A stretch of 64,000 nucleotides of DNA from a virus. Taxonomy: Duplodnaviria; Caudoviricetes. The notes below the pieces were generated by a model, which ran no database searches, had not been told where the DNA came from, and saw nothing but the letters and a program-made list of their open reading frames with translations. A program made the translations under genes and the position numbers. Of the stretch, positions 38,755 through 47,481 are shown one piece after another. Numbering within the stretch: position 1 is the first letter of the stretch; every line of letters begins with the position of its first letter. Where the stretch lies: IMG/VR virus record IMGVR_UViG_3300042318_000959, positions 5,802 to 69,801 of that record, one strand, 5' to 3'.

Positions 38755-38762
38755 TTCCTGTG

Positions 38763-38797
38763 CAAAATTAGTGGTTTTTTTTGTAACTGCAAAATTA
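38763..38797 (-). promoter_or_regulatory. Bacteroidota-type promoter, late variant
   Basis: Two TAATTTTG copies 27 nt apart, the upstream one preceded by TTTAAC. Confidence 0.75.
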
Positions 38798-38858
38798 GTT
38801 AAAATTTGCTTTTAGTAACTTCCTGTTGTTAAATTATTTTTAATTAGTTAAATATTCT

Positions 38859-41636
38859 TTAATTCTTATTTATTTCTGCTATATATCTATCATTCATCAT
38901 GCCTCTATCTTTCTGTTCAAGTTGCTTTAGCTTTACCTCTAGATCCTTGCTCATGGCAGATGCTTTATCGGAAACTTGCTGTTCCTGAATATTTAGTTTC
39001 CTATTATTTGTATCAATATCATTGCCCATCTTCATTTCTTTCAGTGCCATATCAGCTTGTACGCTAATATTTTTGAATGATTGTGCATCTGCTTGTTTAT
39101 CTGCTGCTCTTCCCTGTGCTTGTATTTCTTCTTGCATAATTCTAGCTTCTCTATCTCTTTGATTTTGATCAGCTTGCCAAGTTCTTTCTGCATCTTTCTC
39201 AGCAGAAGCTCCTTGTATTTGTTTATCAGCAAGTTCTTGTTCGTGAGCTCTTTGTGCTTCAGTTTCTTTTTGTTTTTCTCCTCTTCCTTTTTTACCTATA
39301 GCTACAAGTTCAACTATTGTGTCTGCTGAGAATAATTCAGCATAGTCAAGTAAATCACTTCCTAATGTATTCATATTTAATAAAGCTTGCTTCATTGTTT
39401 CAAGCTCTCTTCGTTTTTTAGGGTCGTTTACTGGAAATACCCCAATTCTTCTTAGTGGGAAGTCTGGGTCTGATAAGTGCATAAATATTTTATCCCCGTC
39501 AGAGTTTGAAAATACAAAATCAACATCTAAGTAATCTTTTTGGCAATACTGTGCAATTGATAAATGTAGCTCCATTGCTTTTCTCCTAGCTACAGCCATA
39601 GTATTAAATATGTCTGCTGTCTGCATATAAGATGCCTCTGTACCTTGTTTTACACCAGTTGCTGTTTCATATACACTTGGCTGCCCAAGTCTTTGTGGTG
39701 TTATGCCAATTTGCTCTAAGGCTTTCTTTTGGTAATACTCTGACAACTGAATTCTACTATTGATTTGTTTATCAAAAGATATATCCTGTGTCATAAAAGT
39801 ATTCATTTGGCCATTGGCCCCAGCCATGTTTTGTTTTGTAGTATCTAAAGGTACTAATCCAACATCTTTTGCTAAGTCTCTTAGTTTTCCTAAAGATTCC
39901 TCAATCGTTCCATGGTCTTTATACTCAGATGGTAAAAAGTTTATGTCAAATAAGAAGAACATTCCTATTTCTTTTTCTAACAAATTAAATATCTGATTTA
40001 AGCAAATATTATATCCGATCTGGTATGGTCTTAATTTTTGTGCTATCGATGAACCTATTACTCCACCAACTGGTATCTTTACATCAAATACATTTGATTC
40101 CCCTCTAATTTGATAAGGTAGTGGCTCAATTCCTAGATATAAATTTTCTGTTAGAAATGAATTCCCAGCATTTATTTTTGTACCTTGCCAAATTTCTGGT
40201 ACCCAAAATTCATACATACAGTTTGGCTCTAGATTTTTTTGTATATCTTTTAGTGCCTTTGTTGTAACTTTTTTTATACCATTTTCCTTTACAAATTCTG
40301 GTAATATGTCATCTGTTATGATTGCTGTATCATCATATCCGGCCTCTGTTGTGTAGTTGATAAACCACATTCTTTTCCAACTTCTCCAATATGATTCTGT
40401 AACTTGTAGTAAATCTTTTCTAACATTTATGTCGTCTCTTTGTATTCTACTATAGTTGTAAGCAAGGTTATTATTATTTTGAAATGGGCTTAGCCAGTTT
40501 GGTATTCTTTGTTGGCCGTCTGGTGTGTCTACGAGTACTTCCCCCATTGGTATATCCAATGCATCTTGTATTTGTAAACCCATATCGTAATTGTAATAGT
40601 TATGAAAAGGTAGAGTTTGAACTTGTCCAAACATACCGTTATTCATAGCACTTTTCCAGGACTGAATTTGGGAATTTGCATTTCCTCCGTCTGTCTCTGC
40701 ATAGTTTATATTCAATCTCTTTATTTCTACTGATGTAAGTAGATGAGAATACCTTTTAATTATATCTGATGGAGATATATAGAAAACTCTTCCTACATAT
40801 TCACAGTCTTGTGGGTTCTCTGCCGTAACATCTTGAGAAAAGAACGTCTCAAGTGGAGACCATCTTTCTGGTTTATAAAAGTCATACCCAATGTAATAGT
40901 TTCTAAAAAATCTACCTGTTATCAAGTAATCTTCCATCTCCTGCTTGTCAAGCTTATCCATGTAAAATCTCTGTTGATCTTTTTCAATTACATGTTCTGC
41001 CCATTCTGCTGCTTTTGTTTTCCAGTCTTTCATCTCCTTCTCAATCTGAGAAGGTGATATAATTTTTGCTTTTTCTTGTTCGAGCATTTGCATATATTGC
41101 TGTTGCTCTTCTTCTGTTTTGAAATCCTGCTTATTGGGGTTTACTCCTATCTTTGCAAGCTCAATATCTAATTCTTTTTTGAATGTGTCAAGTGCGTACT
41201 CTCTAACTCTTCCGGATCTTTCTCTTAGATATTCGTTTTGAGAAATGTCATCAATAGTGTCAACCTTAAAATCATCTTTTTGTTCTAGCCACTCTCCTAC
41301 AAGCTGTCTGGTTATTATACCAATGAAATCGTAGTGTTTAACAAATGTTGGTATACCTACGCTGTCTCCTAGATCTCTAACTCTATTTAAAACTTGGTTG
41401 TCTGTTTCATAATCAGAGTACGCAAGTCTTCCTTCGAGCATTTTATACAAATCTCTAAATTTTATATTCTCGCCAAGTTGGGATATACCTATTGATTCAA
41501 GTGCATCCATGTTTTTCTTCTTCCAAGAATCCTTTTCCTTTTGTGAGTCAGGAACAGTTTGTGTTGGTAGAGAGTGCGTTGAGGAAACTGATGTTCCTAC
41601 CCCATTATAAAAAGAGTGTGTATTATGACTATCCAT
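38859..41636 (-). CDS. Portal protein
   Basis: 925 aa directly downstream of the terminase. KHYDFIG.I...L.GE, GITPQRLG...ETATG motifs and a long C-terminal coiled coil (barrel). Confidence 0.85.
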   Translation of the reverse strand: MDSHNTHSFYNGVGTSVSSTHSLPTQTVPDSQKEKDSWKKKNMDALESIGISQLGENIKFRDLYKMLEGRLAYSDYETDNQVLNRVRDLGDSVGIPTFVKHYDFIGIITRQLVGEWLEQKDDFKVDTIDDISQNEYLRERSGRVREYALDTFKKELDIELAKIGVNPNKQDFKTEEEQQQYMQMLEQEKAKIISPSQIEKEMKDWKTKAAEWAEHVIEKDQQRFYMDKLDKQEMEDYLITGRFFRNYYIGYDFYKPERWSPLETFFSQDVTAENPQDCEYVGRVFYISPSDIIKRYSHLLTSVEIKRLNINYAETDGGNANSQIQSWKSAMNNGMFGQVQTLPFHNYYNYDMGLQIQDALDIPMGEVLVDTPDGQQRIPNWLSPFQNNNNLAYNYSRIQRDDINVRKDLLQVTESYWRSWKRMWFINYTTEAGYDDTAIITDDILPEFVKENGIKKVTTKALKDIQKNLEPNCMYEFWVPEIWQGTKINAGNSFLTENLYLGIEPLPYQIRGESNVFDVKIPVGGVIGSSIAQKLRPYQIGYNICLNQIFNLLEKEIGMFFLFDINFLPSEYKDHGTIEESLGKLRDLAKDVGLVPLDTTKQNMAGANGQMNTFMTQDISFDKQINSRIQLSEYYQKKALEQIGITPQRLGQPSVYETATGVKQGTEASYMQTADIFNTMAVARRKAMELHLSIAQYCQKDYLDVDFVFSNSDGDKIFMHLSDPDFPLRRIGVFPVNDPKKRRELETMKQALLNMNTLGSDLLDYAELFSADTIVELVAIGKKGRGEKQKETEAQRAHEQELADKQIQGASAEKDAERTWQADQNQRDREARIMQEEIQAQGRAADKQADAQSFKNISVQADMALKEMKMGNDIDTNNRKLNIQEQQVSDKASAMSKDLEVKLKQLEQKDRGMMNDRYIAEINKN

Positions 41637-41653
41637 TATCTTTGTTTAAACCG

Positions 41654-41688
41654 CAAAATTAGTTAAAATTTTTGACAACACAAAATTA
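41654..41688 (-). promoter_or_regulatory. Bacteroidota-type promoter, late variant
   Basis: TTTAACTAATTTTG twice, 27 nt apart. Confidence 0.75.
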
Positions 41689-41696
41689 GTTAAAAA

Positions 41697-44462
41697 TTAG
41701 AAATACTTTTTTGGTCTACTTGAAGCTCCATATAGTCTTTCTGCTAAACTTTTTTCTGGTTGTTTTTTAGTATTTTCTTCTTTGTTTGTTTTTCTACTAT
41801 TTAATACAGGTAGCATGTAATTATTAAATAAATAAAACTCATAACCAAGACATGACATAAATGAGGTAATCCTATCTACGTTATTATCTTTTTTATAGGA
41901 TATTATTTCATCTAGTAAACCAATATCATTTATCATTTGTACGCCTAGTACTGTCTTTTCTTCCCCGTTCTCATCTAGTATTACAAACTCTTGTCTCATA
42001 TAGTTTTTTACTAATCCTAACAAGAATCGTTTATTTTCTGGGCTTGGGTTCCATCCATATCTTCTTCTCCCATTTGATTGCTGTGTCATATCTGATTTGA
42101 AGTCCATTGACTCAACAAGCCATAGGTCTGTAGCTCTTTTCCTGTCTAGATATTCCTTGAATCCCATATCGGCATTCTCCATAAATGCTTTTGCATTATA
42201 GGCCTGCATTAATAAAAATATCTGCCTGTATAGCTTATTATGTGGGTCTGGTCTTGCTGCCACAGATGCTACAATTCTACCACACCATTTATCCATTCCT
42301 ATATTTACTTTGTATATGTGGAATGATCCAACAGAGTCTGTTCCAGATTCTTCTTGTTTATAATCATCAAATCCCCCTACATATAAATAAGGCACTGGTT
42401 TTGTTGTTGGTAATTCTTCGTATAATACAACTGGTGCATCAACAAATCCTCCGTTATGTGGGTATTCTGCAAGTTCCCTATTGTTCATTTCATAGAATAT
42501 CTTGCCTGAACCATCTTGCATAATAGTTACCTTTTTGCCACATTCTCCTGACTCTAGTAAATATTCTTTATGTCTTTTTGCTTCAAGTGCCGGGAATGGG
42601 TTTTCTTCAGATGACATAAAACAATCTTCTGGGTCTAGTGGGTATTGAACTCTTTTCTGTTGTTCTAATAACTGCCCTTTTGATCCACCAATTGCTCTTG
42701 CATCCAGCAATGTCTTTTTTAATAGGTTCGTATTATTCTCCCAGTTTGTTGTGTGTATCATTATTTTATCCAACTCGTCTGAGTCATCTACACCTAAGAA
42801 CCTTGAGAATGCTTGTTGTTTTTTTATAAATCCGTCTTCATATGCCATTTGTCCTGGAAAAAATGTAGCGAACTTTCTGCGTTTCCATGTGATATGCTCT
42901 GGGTCAATATTATTTTCTAAGAGGTCCCAATCCATAGGTAATAGATCATAGGCTTCCGGATTTGATAATACATCTACAGCATCTTTAGATAAATCTGCCT
43001 CCCCACCGGTACCTGCAAGTACTGTTACACACTTGAATCCAAATGGTGTTTTAAATGATGGTAATGCGGCTAGATAGGGCTTTAAAAATGCATACTTACC
43101 TATCTCATCATATATCGAAACAGATGGTGCTAAACCTGCTGTTTTTTGTGTTTTTGATTTGGCACCAGATTCAAGATTCTGTACAATCAAAGTAGAAAAT
43201 ACTATTGGGTTTGATGCGTCCTCTTTAATCCCAAATGTTGTCTCTCCATTATCCCATTCTTGTTTTAGAATATCTATTTGTAATGGCTTATCAATATAAG
43301 TCATTGATGTTTTTATTTTACTAGTCAAAGCGTTAATATCAGAAGAGCTACCTCCAATAATTGATCCGAAAGAGTTAAATTTTGTTATTGTTCTCCAATG
43401 GGCTAATGATGCTAGAATAACCGACTTACCAAAACGTCTTGTGCCATACATTAGTAAGGCCTTTGCGTAGTAATTTTGGTTCTCTGGGTTTACTGCTTTT
43501 TTTAAATTCTCTGCAAAAAACCATTCATTATCTCTTAGGTCTGGCTGTGTATTTGGTTCAGAGCCGTTTTGTTGTGGTATCGGTGTTCTAAAAAAATTAA
43601 GGTGAAAGTACAGCCATGGATGAATGAAGTATCCAGATATTGTTACACCATGAATTATCTTATTTACTTCCTCTGACCAAAATTGTAAGACTACTGGATC
43701 TTGATCAAAAAAATGTTTTTTGGTATTCCATTTTGGAATATCTCTTGGGTTCATGTTTATGAACATCTCTTTTGATGTTCTTAGGTGCCAGTCAACCGGT
43801 ACTCTTTCTATTGCTTCTTTTGCATCTTCTCTCAATAACATCAATGGCTCTCTCATAAGTAATGAGGCCTTTTCGTCCTTAAAAAACTTTATGTTTGTAT
43901 TGTCCGGCTCGTTTGTTATTTTTAATTTTGATAGCTTTTCTTGTATTTTTATTTTTTCATTAAACACACCATCTTGAAAAACTATCTCATAAGACTTATA
44001 ATCAATATCGTTTTCAGTTTCAACCTCTTGTGTTAATACATCCATATTATACTTTAAGTAATCATCACACTTAATAATATGTAGATTTATTATTTCAACA
44101 GTTTCGTCTATAAAATCTTGTGTCTTTTTAAGTGCCCTATCCCCATCTGCTTCTGCTATAAACACAGAAAGCCTACCAAGTATAGACGTGGTAAGCTCAT
44201 TCTCCTGTTTAAATAAAGACTCTTTTGTTTTTTTAGTGTAGTCGGCTAGCTCTTTTATTCTTTTTTCTACCTCTTTTAGCTTTTTACTAGTGCTAGAAGA
44301 GTCACTATCCTGTACTTGAAGACTTAAAATCTCTTGCGAGAACTCAGTCATTCTTTCTTCGTATTTGGAAGTATTGTTCCAAGTATTTGATTCAATGACT
44401 TTTTTATTTCTTTTAAAGTACTCTTTATGATTTTTTATAAAATTGTCAATGTATTCAGACAT
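41697..44462 (-). CDS. Terminase large subunit with a long N-terminal coiled-coil extension
   Basis: GTRRFGKS (Walker A-like), IYDEIG (Walker B), GTGG coupling motif, and a C-terminal nuclease region with GGFDDY...NVDR. Confidence 0.9.
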   Translation of the reverse strand: MSEYIDNFIKNHKEYFKRNKKVIESNTWNNTSKYEERMTEFSQEILSLQVQDSDSSSTSKKLKEVEKRIKELADYTKKTKESLFKQENELTTSILGRLSVFIAEADGDRALKKTQDFIDETVEIINLHIIKCDDYLKYNMDVLTQEVETENDIDYKSYEIVFQDGVFNEKIKIQEKLSKLKITNEPDNTNIKFFKDEKASLLMREPLMLLREDAKEAIERVPVDWHLRTSKEMFINMNPRDIPKWNTKKHFFDQDPVVLQFWSEEVNKIIHGVTISGYFIHPWLYFHLNFFRTPIPQQNGSEPNTQPDLRDNEWFFAENLKKAVNPENQNYYAKALLMYGTRRFGKSVILASLAHWRTITKFNSFGSIIGGSSSDINALTSKIKTSMTYIDKPLQIDILKQEWDNGETTFGIKEDASNPIVFSTLIVQNLESGAKSKTQKTAGLAPSVSIYDEIGKYAFLKPYLAALPSFKTPFGFKCVTVLAGTGGEADLSKDAVDVLSNPEAYDLLPMDWDLLENNIDPEHITWKRRKFATFFPGQMAYEDGFIKKQQAFSRFLGVDDSDELDKIMIHTTNWENNTNLLKKTLLDARAIGGSKGQLLEQQKRVQYPLDPEDCFMSSEENPFPALEAKRHKEYLLESGECGKKVTIMQDGSGKIFYEMNNRELAEYPHNGGFVDAPVVLYEELPTTKPVPYLYVGGFDDYKQEESGTDSVGSFHIYKVNIGMDKWCGRIVASVAARPDPHNKLYRQIFLLMQAYNAKAFMENADMGFKEYLDRKRATDLWLVESMDFKSDMTQQSNGRRRYGWNPSPENKRFLLGLVKNYMRQEFVILDENGEEKTVLGVQMINDIGLLDEIISYKKDNNVDRITSFMSCLGYEFYLFNNYMLPVLNSRKTNKEENTKKQPEKSLAERLYGASSRPKKYF

Positions 44463-44902
44463 TACGTTACTTGTGTTTTCTTTAAAATCTCCTTAAAAAA
44501 ATCACTATCTAAGAATTTTGCTCTTTCCTCTTCTAATAACCCCGTTTCTGTTTCAACCAAGTTTCCTTTTTCAATCATAAAGACTCTCTTTGGGGACCAA
44601 CTTTTCATATCTGAATAGAACTTAACTATCTCTTCGGGTAAACTTTCAGAAAAGAATTCTTGATAGTCTTCAATTGAGTTTACTAATTTTAAAAACATTA
44701 ACTGCAAATCCTTATTATACAGTATTGTATCTACATATACATGTACTAGAACTTTTTGTAGTTCATCAATATCTTTTCCTGCTACTACATCTTTTAGATT
44801 ACTCTTATCTTTTGCGAGATCTTCATTTTTAGTTTTTACTATGCTCTCAAACTCTTTATACTCTGTGTATAGATCTATAACTTTTTGCTTAATTAATTCC
44901 AT
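44462..44902 (-). CDS. Hypothetical protein (possible small terminase)
   Basis: 146 aa, helical, coupled to the terminase start. Function inferred from position only. Confidence 0.5.
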   Translation of the reverse strand: MELIKQKVIDLYTEYKEFESIVKTKNEDLAKDKSNLKDVVAGKDIDELQKVLVHVYVDTILYNKDLQLMFLKLVNSIEDYQEFFSESLPEEIVKFYSDMKSWSPKRVFMIEKGNLVETETGLLEEERAKFLDSDFFKEILKKTQVT

Positions 44903-44903
44903 A

Positions 44904-45101
44904 TTATATATTTTCTTTTTCTTCTTGTTTAGTTTTTTCTATTGCTGAGAATAGGTCTTCATCTGATACTAATAATAAATCAGATATTTTAGTAACATTA
45001 GTTAGTCTTAATGTGCTATAAAGTAATTCCCCTAAAGTATAACTTGGAAAATCTTTTGAGAAGTCTTGTAACTCTCTTATTGCGTTGTTTTTATAGTTCA
45101 T
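44904..45101 (-). CDS. Hypothetical protein
   Basis: 65 aa, tightly packed. Confidence 0.6.
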   Translation of the reverse strand: MNYKNNAIRELQDFSKDFPSYTLGELLYSTLRLTNVTKISDLLLVSDEDLFSAIEKTKQEEKENI

Positions 45102-45103
45102 AT

Positions 45104-45421
45104 TTATTCTGTTATGTTACCTTTTAAATTAAAAATTATTGTTCTCTGTGATCCAGATTTATCTGCACACATTTCTGTAACTCTTTGGTTAATTGCACCA
45201 ATTTTTTGGCTATCATAAGAAATAGATATTTGTATCTCATCTGCTTTTGATTCCACACTTGGTGAGGTACAACCACATGTTTTAGATATTGATAAGTGCT
45301 CAACATCTGTTATCTTTACATTAATTTGAGTACCATCTCCACGCTTTAGTGTTCCATACTCTATATTGTACTCTTGATTTTTTACAACTTCTTTTAGTTG
45401 TGGGCTTCCTGTTATTATCAT
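45104..45421 (-). CDS. DUF1573-like (Ig/ASH-like) protein
   Basis: ISKTCGCTSP...ISYDS..IG matches the (S/T)CGCT motif of Bacteroidota DUF1573. No signal peptide. Confidence 0.55.
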   Translation of the reverse strand: MIITGSPQLKEVVKNQEYNIEYGTLKRGDGTQINVKITDVEHLSISKTCGCTSPSVESKADEIQISISYDSQKIGAINQRVTEMCADKSGSQRTIIFNLKGNITE

Positions 45422-45431
45422 TTTTTTAGTT

Positions 45432-45749
45432 TTATAAATTATTCCATTTGTTTTTTGGGCACATATTTTCAGGGTCTTCCTGAGAGCTTTTAAAAATAAG
45501 ATTGCATGTGCATATTGTGCATATTGAATCTTCTGTAACTTTCACTTTCATTATGAAATTAAGTATCTTATTTGCTCTATACATAATAGTTTCAACTATG
45601 GATAACTCTTTATTATTATCAGAGTTAAATTGACATTTTCTACAAACTTCTAGTCTTTTAATCTGCCTATCTGTTAAAGTCTCACTATAATCTAACCTGC
45701 TTTTAATTGCTAAATAAGGTATCTTAAAAATATTTTTTATGGTCTTCAT
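45432..45749 (-). CDS. Zn-finger-like protein
   Basis: RLEVCRKC...CTICTC...CPKNKW. Confidence 0.65.
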   Translation of the reverse strand: MKTIKNIFKIPYLAIKSRLDYSETLTDRQIKRLEVCRKCQFNSDNNKELSIVETIMYRANKILNFIMKVKVTEDSICTICTCNLIFKSSQEDPENMCPKNKWNNL

Positions 45750-46185
45750 TATGTATTGTTTCTAATATTTTCCAGTATTTGTAGAATGATGTTATGATAT
45801 TCCTATCTACATTCTCTTCTTTTTTTCTAATTGATATAAACAACAAAGGTTTATTAAAATTCTTTATGTCATTCCCTCCGGGATTTTTTAAAACCTCTTT
45901 TAGGTATTTAATCTTATTAGAAATATAGTTATAGTATTTTAAGTTGTTGTTATCTGATATTACACATAATCCAAGATAGTAGTTAAATCTCATTTTCCCA
46001 AGATTTGGAAAGTTTATTAGTACTAGTTTCTCATCTGCTATAATTGATTTTTTTAAATAGGAAATATTATGTTTGATAATGTCAGCCAAAAGTGGTATAT
46101 CTTTCCCTGTTTTGGCTGATAATAGCTCTAAAATATCCTCTGTAAAACAGATTGGGTTATCAATCTTTTTGGAAGGCAAGAACAT
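45724..46185 (-). CDS. HU/IHF-like protein
   Basis: ILELLSAKTGKD....DII......INFPNLGKM follows the HU helix-helix-beta pattern. Confidence 0.45.
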   Translation of the reverse strand: MFLPSKKIDNPICFTEDILELLSAKTGKDIPLLADIIKHNISYLKKSIIADEKLVLINFPNLGKMRFNYYLGLCVISDNNNLKYYNYISNKIKYLKEVLKNPGGNDIKNFNKPLLFISIRKKEENVDRNIITSFYKYWKILETIHNEDHKKYF

Positions 46186-46516
46186 ATATTTGCTTTTTGT
46201 TTTTTATAAAACTTGTTCTTACACTCTCCATATCTGGAGAAAGTTTACTCATCCTAAGATTTTTTTCGCTTGACATTAAGTAACCTTTTTCTCTAAGGTG
46301 CACATCTGCAACTCTAATGTCACCATCTTTTTTACCCGTGTCCTCTTTTATAAACTCTTTTGTTTCTTTGCTATAACCACTTCGGATATAGTAAACAAGA
46401 ATAAGCCTCTCAAAATTTCTAAGAGAAACTTCTTGGGATATTGAGTAAACACGTAGTATCTTATCTATAAGATCTATCTCGTTTTTATATTTTGTTTTTA
46501 GCGTTGGAAAACTCAC
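46160..46516 (-). CDS. Putative winged-HTH DNA-binding protein (GTG start)
   Basis: 118 aa basic protein with a ...IRVADVHLREKGYL wHTH-like ending and its own promoter. Confidence 0.45.
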   Translation of the reverse strand: MSFPTLKTKYKNEIDLIDKILRVYSISQEVSLRNFERLILVYYIRSGYSKETKEFIKEDTGKKDGDIRVADVHLREKGYLMSSEKNLRMSKLSPDMESVRTSFIKNKKQIYVLAFQKD

Positions 46517-46533
46517 AGGCTTATATTTTTATG

Positions 46534-46565
46534 CAAAGATATAAACAATTTTTGAATTATCCAAA
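46534..46565 (-). promoter_or_regulatory. Bacteroidota-type promoter
   Basis: TTTG-N20-TATCTTTG. Confidence 0.75.
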
Positions 46566-46579
46566 TTTTTAACAAAAAA

Positions 46580-46867
46580 TTAACTATACTTATCAATTAT
46601 TTCTTTCACATTCTTTGTCATAGGTTGTAACCTAAACAAATTAAATAAAAATGCTTCTGTTATTCTTGATAATACTCTTATCGTTAACGCTGGATTCATC
46701 TGATATAATCTGTACAAATCAAAAGTTAGATTACTAATGAAATCTTCATTCTCATCTAAATATGATGTTGATACAATTTTTTCAGATACGTCCTCCCAAA
46801 GGACATCATAGAACTCTTCGTATGTTAACTCTTGAAATTCAGAGTAGGCAAAATCTTTTACTGACAT
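46580..46867 (-). CDS. Hypothetical protein, first gene of the leftward module
   Basis: 95 aa with a promoter upstream. Confidence 0.65.
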   Translation of the reverse strand: MSVKDFAYSEFQELTYEEFYDVLWEDVSEKIVSTSYLDENEDFISNLTFDLYRLYQMNPALTIRVLSRITEAFLFNLFRLQPMTKNVKEIIDKYS

Positions 46868-46884
46868 AATATATGGTTTTTATG

Positions 46885-46916
46885 CAAAATTACAAAAAAG
46901 ATTTGGAAAAACCAAA
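46885..46916 (-). promoter_or_regulatory. Bacteroidota-type promoter (leftward)
   Basis: TTTG-N20-TAATTTTG. Confidence 0.75.
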
Positions 46917-46940
46917 CAAGTTAAAAAAATAGTTAACAAA

Positions 46941-47024
46941 TTTGGAAATTATAAATATTAATTATATCTTTGCAAAAAGTTTTTGTACATTTTGTAATTT
47001 ATCCAATTATTATTTGTACCTTTG
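46941..47024 (+). promoter_or_regulatory. Two rightward Bacteroidota-type promoters
   Basis: TTTG(46941)-N20-TATCTTTG(46965) and TTTG(46991)-N22-TACCTTTG(47017). Confidence 0.75.
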
Positions 47025-47042
47025 CAAAAAATTATAATTCAA

Positions 47043-47335
47043 TGACGTGTGGCTATCTGAAAAGATTCACGTTGCGGTTGTAAAACCTAAGCTAAATGGA
47101 AGAGGACATTACTGTTGTAATGGAGACCGCCAGAGCAAGGCTAGTTAAGGTTCTAGCCTATTTCACGTATGTAGAGGGATAAATAAAATATTCTCTCGAA
47201 GAAATCAATGAGGATTCCAGTGATAAATCAAAAAAACTTACAGCAGGTCTTTGGATTCGGTGTTTTTCCGCTGCTGGTCCTTTTACTACCTCTTTGTCTT
47301 ATTTAAAGAGGGGGTAAGGGGGTGTTTTACCTATT
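47043..47335 (+). ncRNA. Candidate structured ncRNA of unknown class
   Basis: ORF-free, GC-elevated segment just after promoters. Stems: ACGTG/CACGT enclosing ATCT-GAAA-AGAT, GCGGT/ACCGC, CATTAC/GTAATG, AGGCTAG/CTAGCCT, CAGCAG/CTGCTG, CCTCTTT/AAAGAGG. Confidence 0.45.
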
Positions 47336-47436
47336 TGAGAAATAAAAAACAATTAGCATCCGTCTTTTACAGTTGAAAACAGTAGCATGCTCACAACAAT
47401 AATCATAAAAAACTGCAAAAAAATAACTGTAAATAT

Positions 47437-47467
47437 TTTGTAGTTTAATATATTAGTTGTATCTTTG
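47437..47467 (+). promoter_or_regulatory. Bacteroidota-type promoter
   Basis: TTTG-N19-TATCTTTG. Confidence 0.75.
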
Positions 47468-47481
47468 CAAAAAATATAAGT

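Noticed and set aside
41697-44462. Intein or intron inflating the terminase gene
   Set aside because: No C/S...HN splice motifs, no LAGLIDADG or HNH motifs, and no frame break. The extra length is N-terminal.
532-46273. The many plus-strand ORFs in the left module and the few minus-strand ORFs in the right module
   Set aside because: They are antisense shadows of long real genes, with low-complexity or hydrophobic translations and no promoters or start context.
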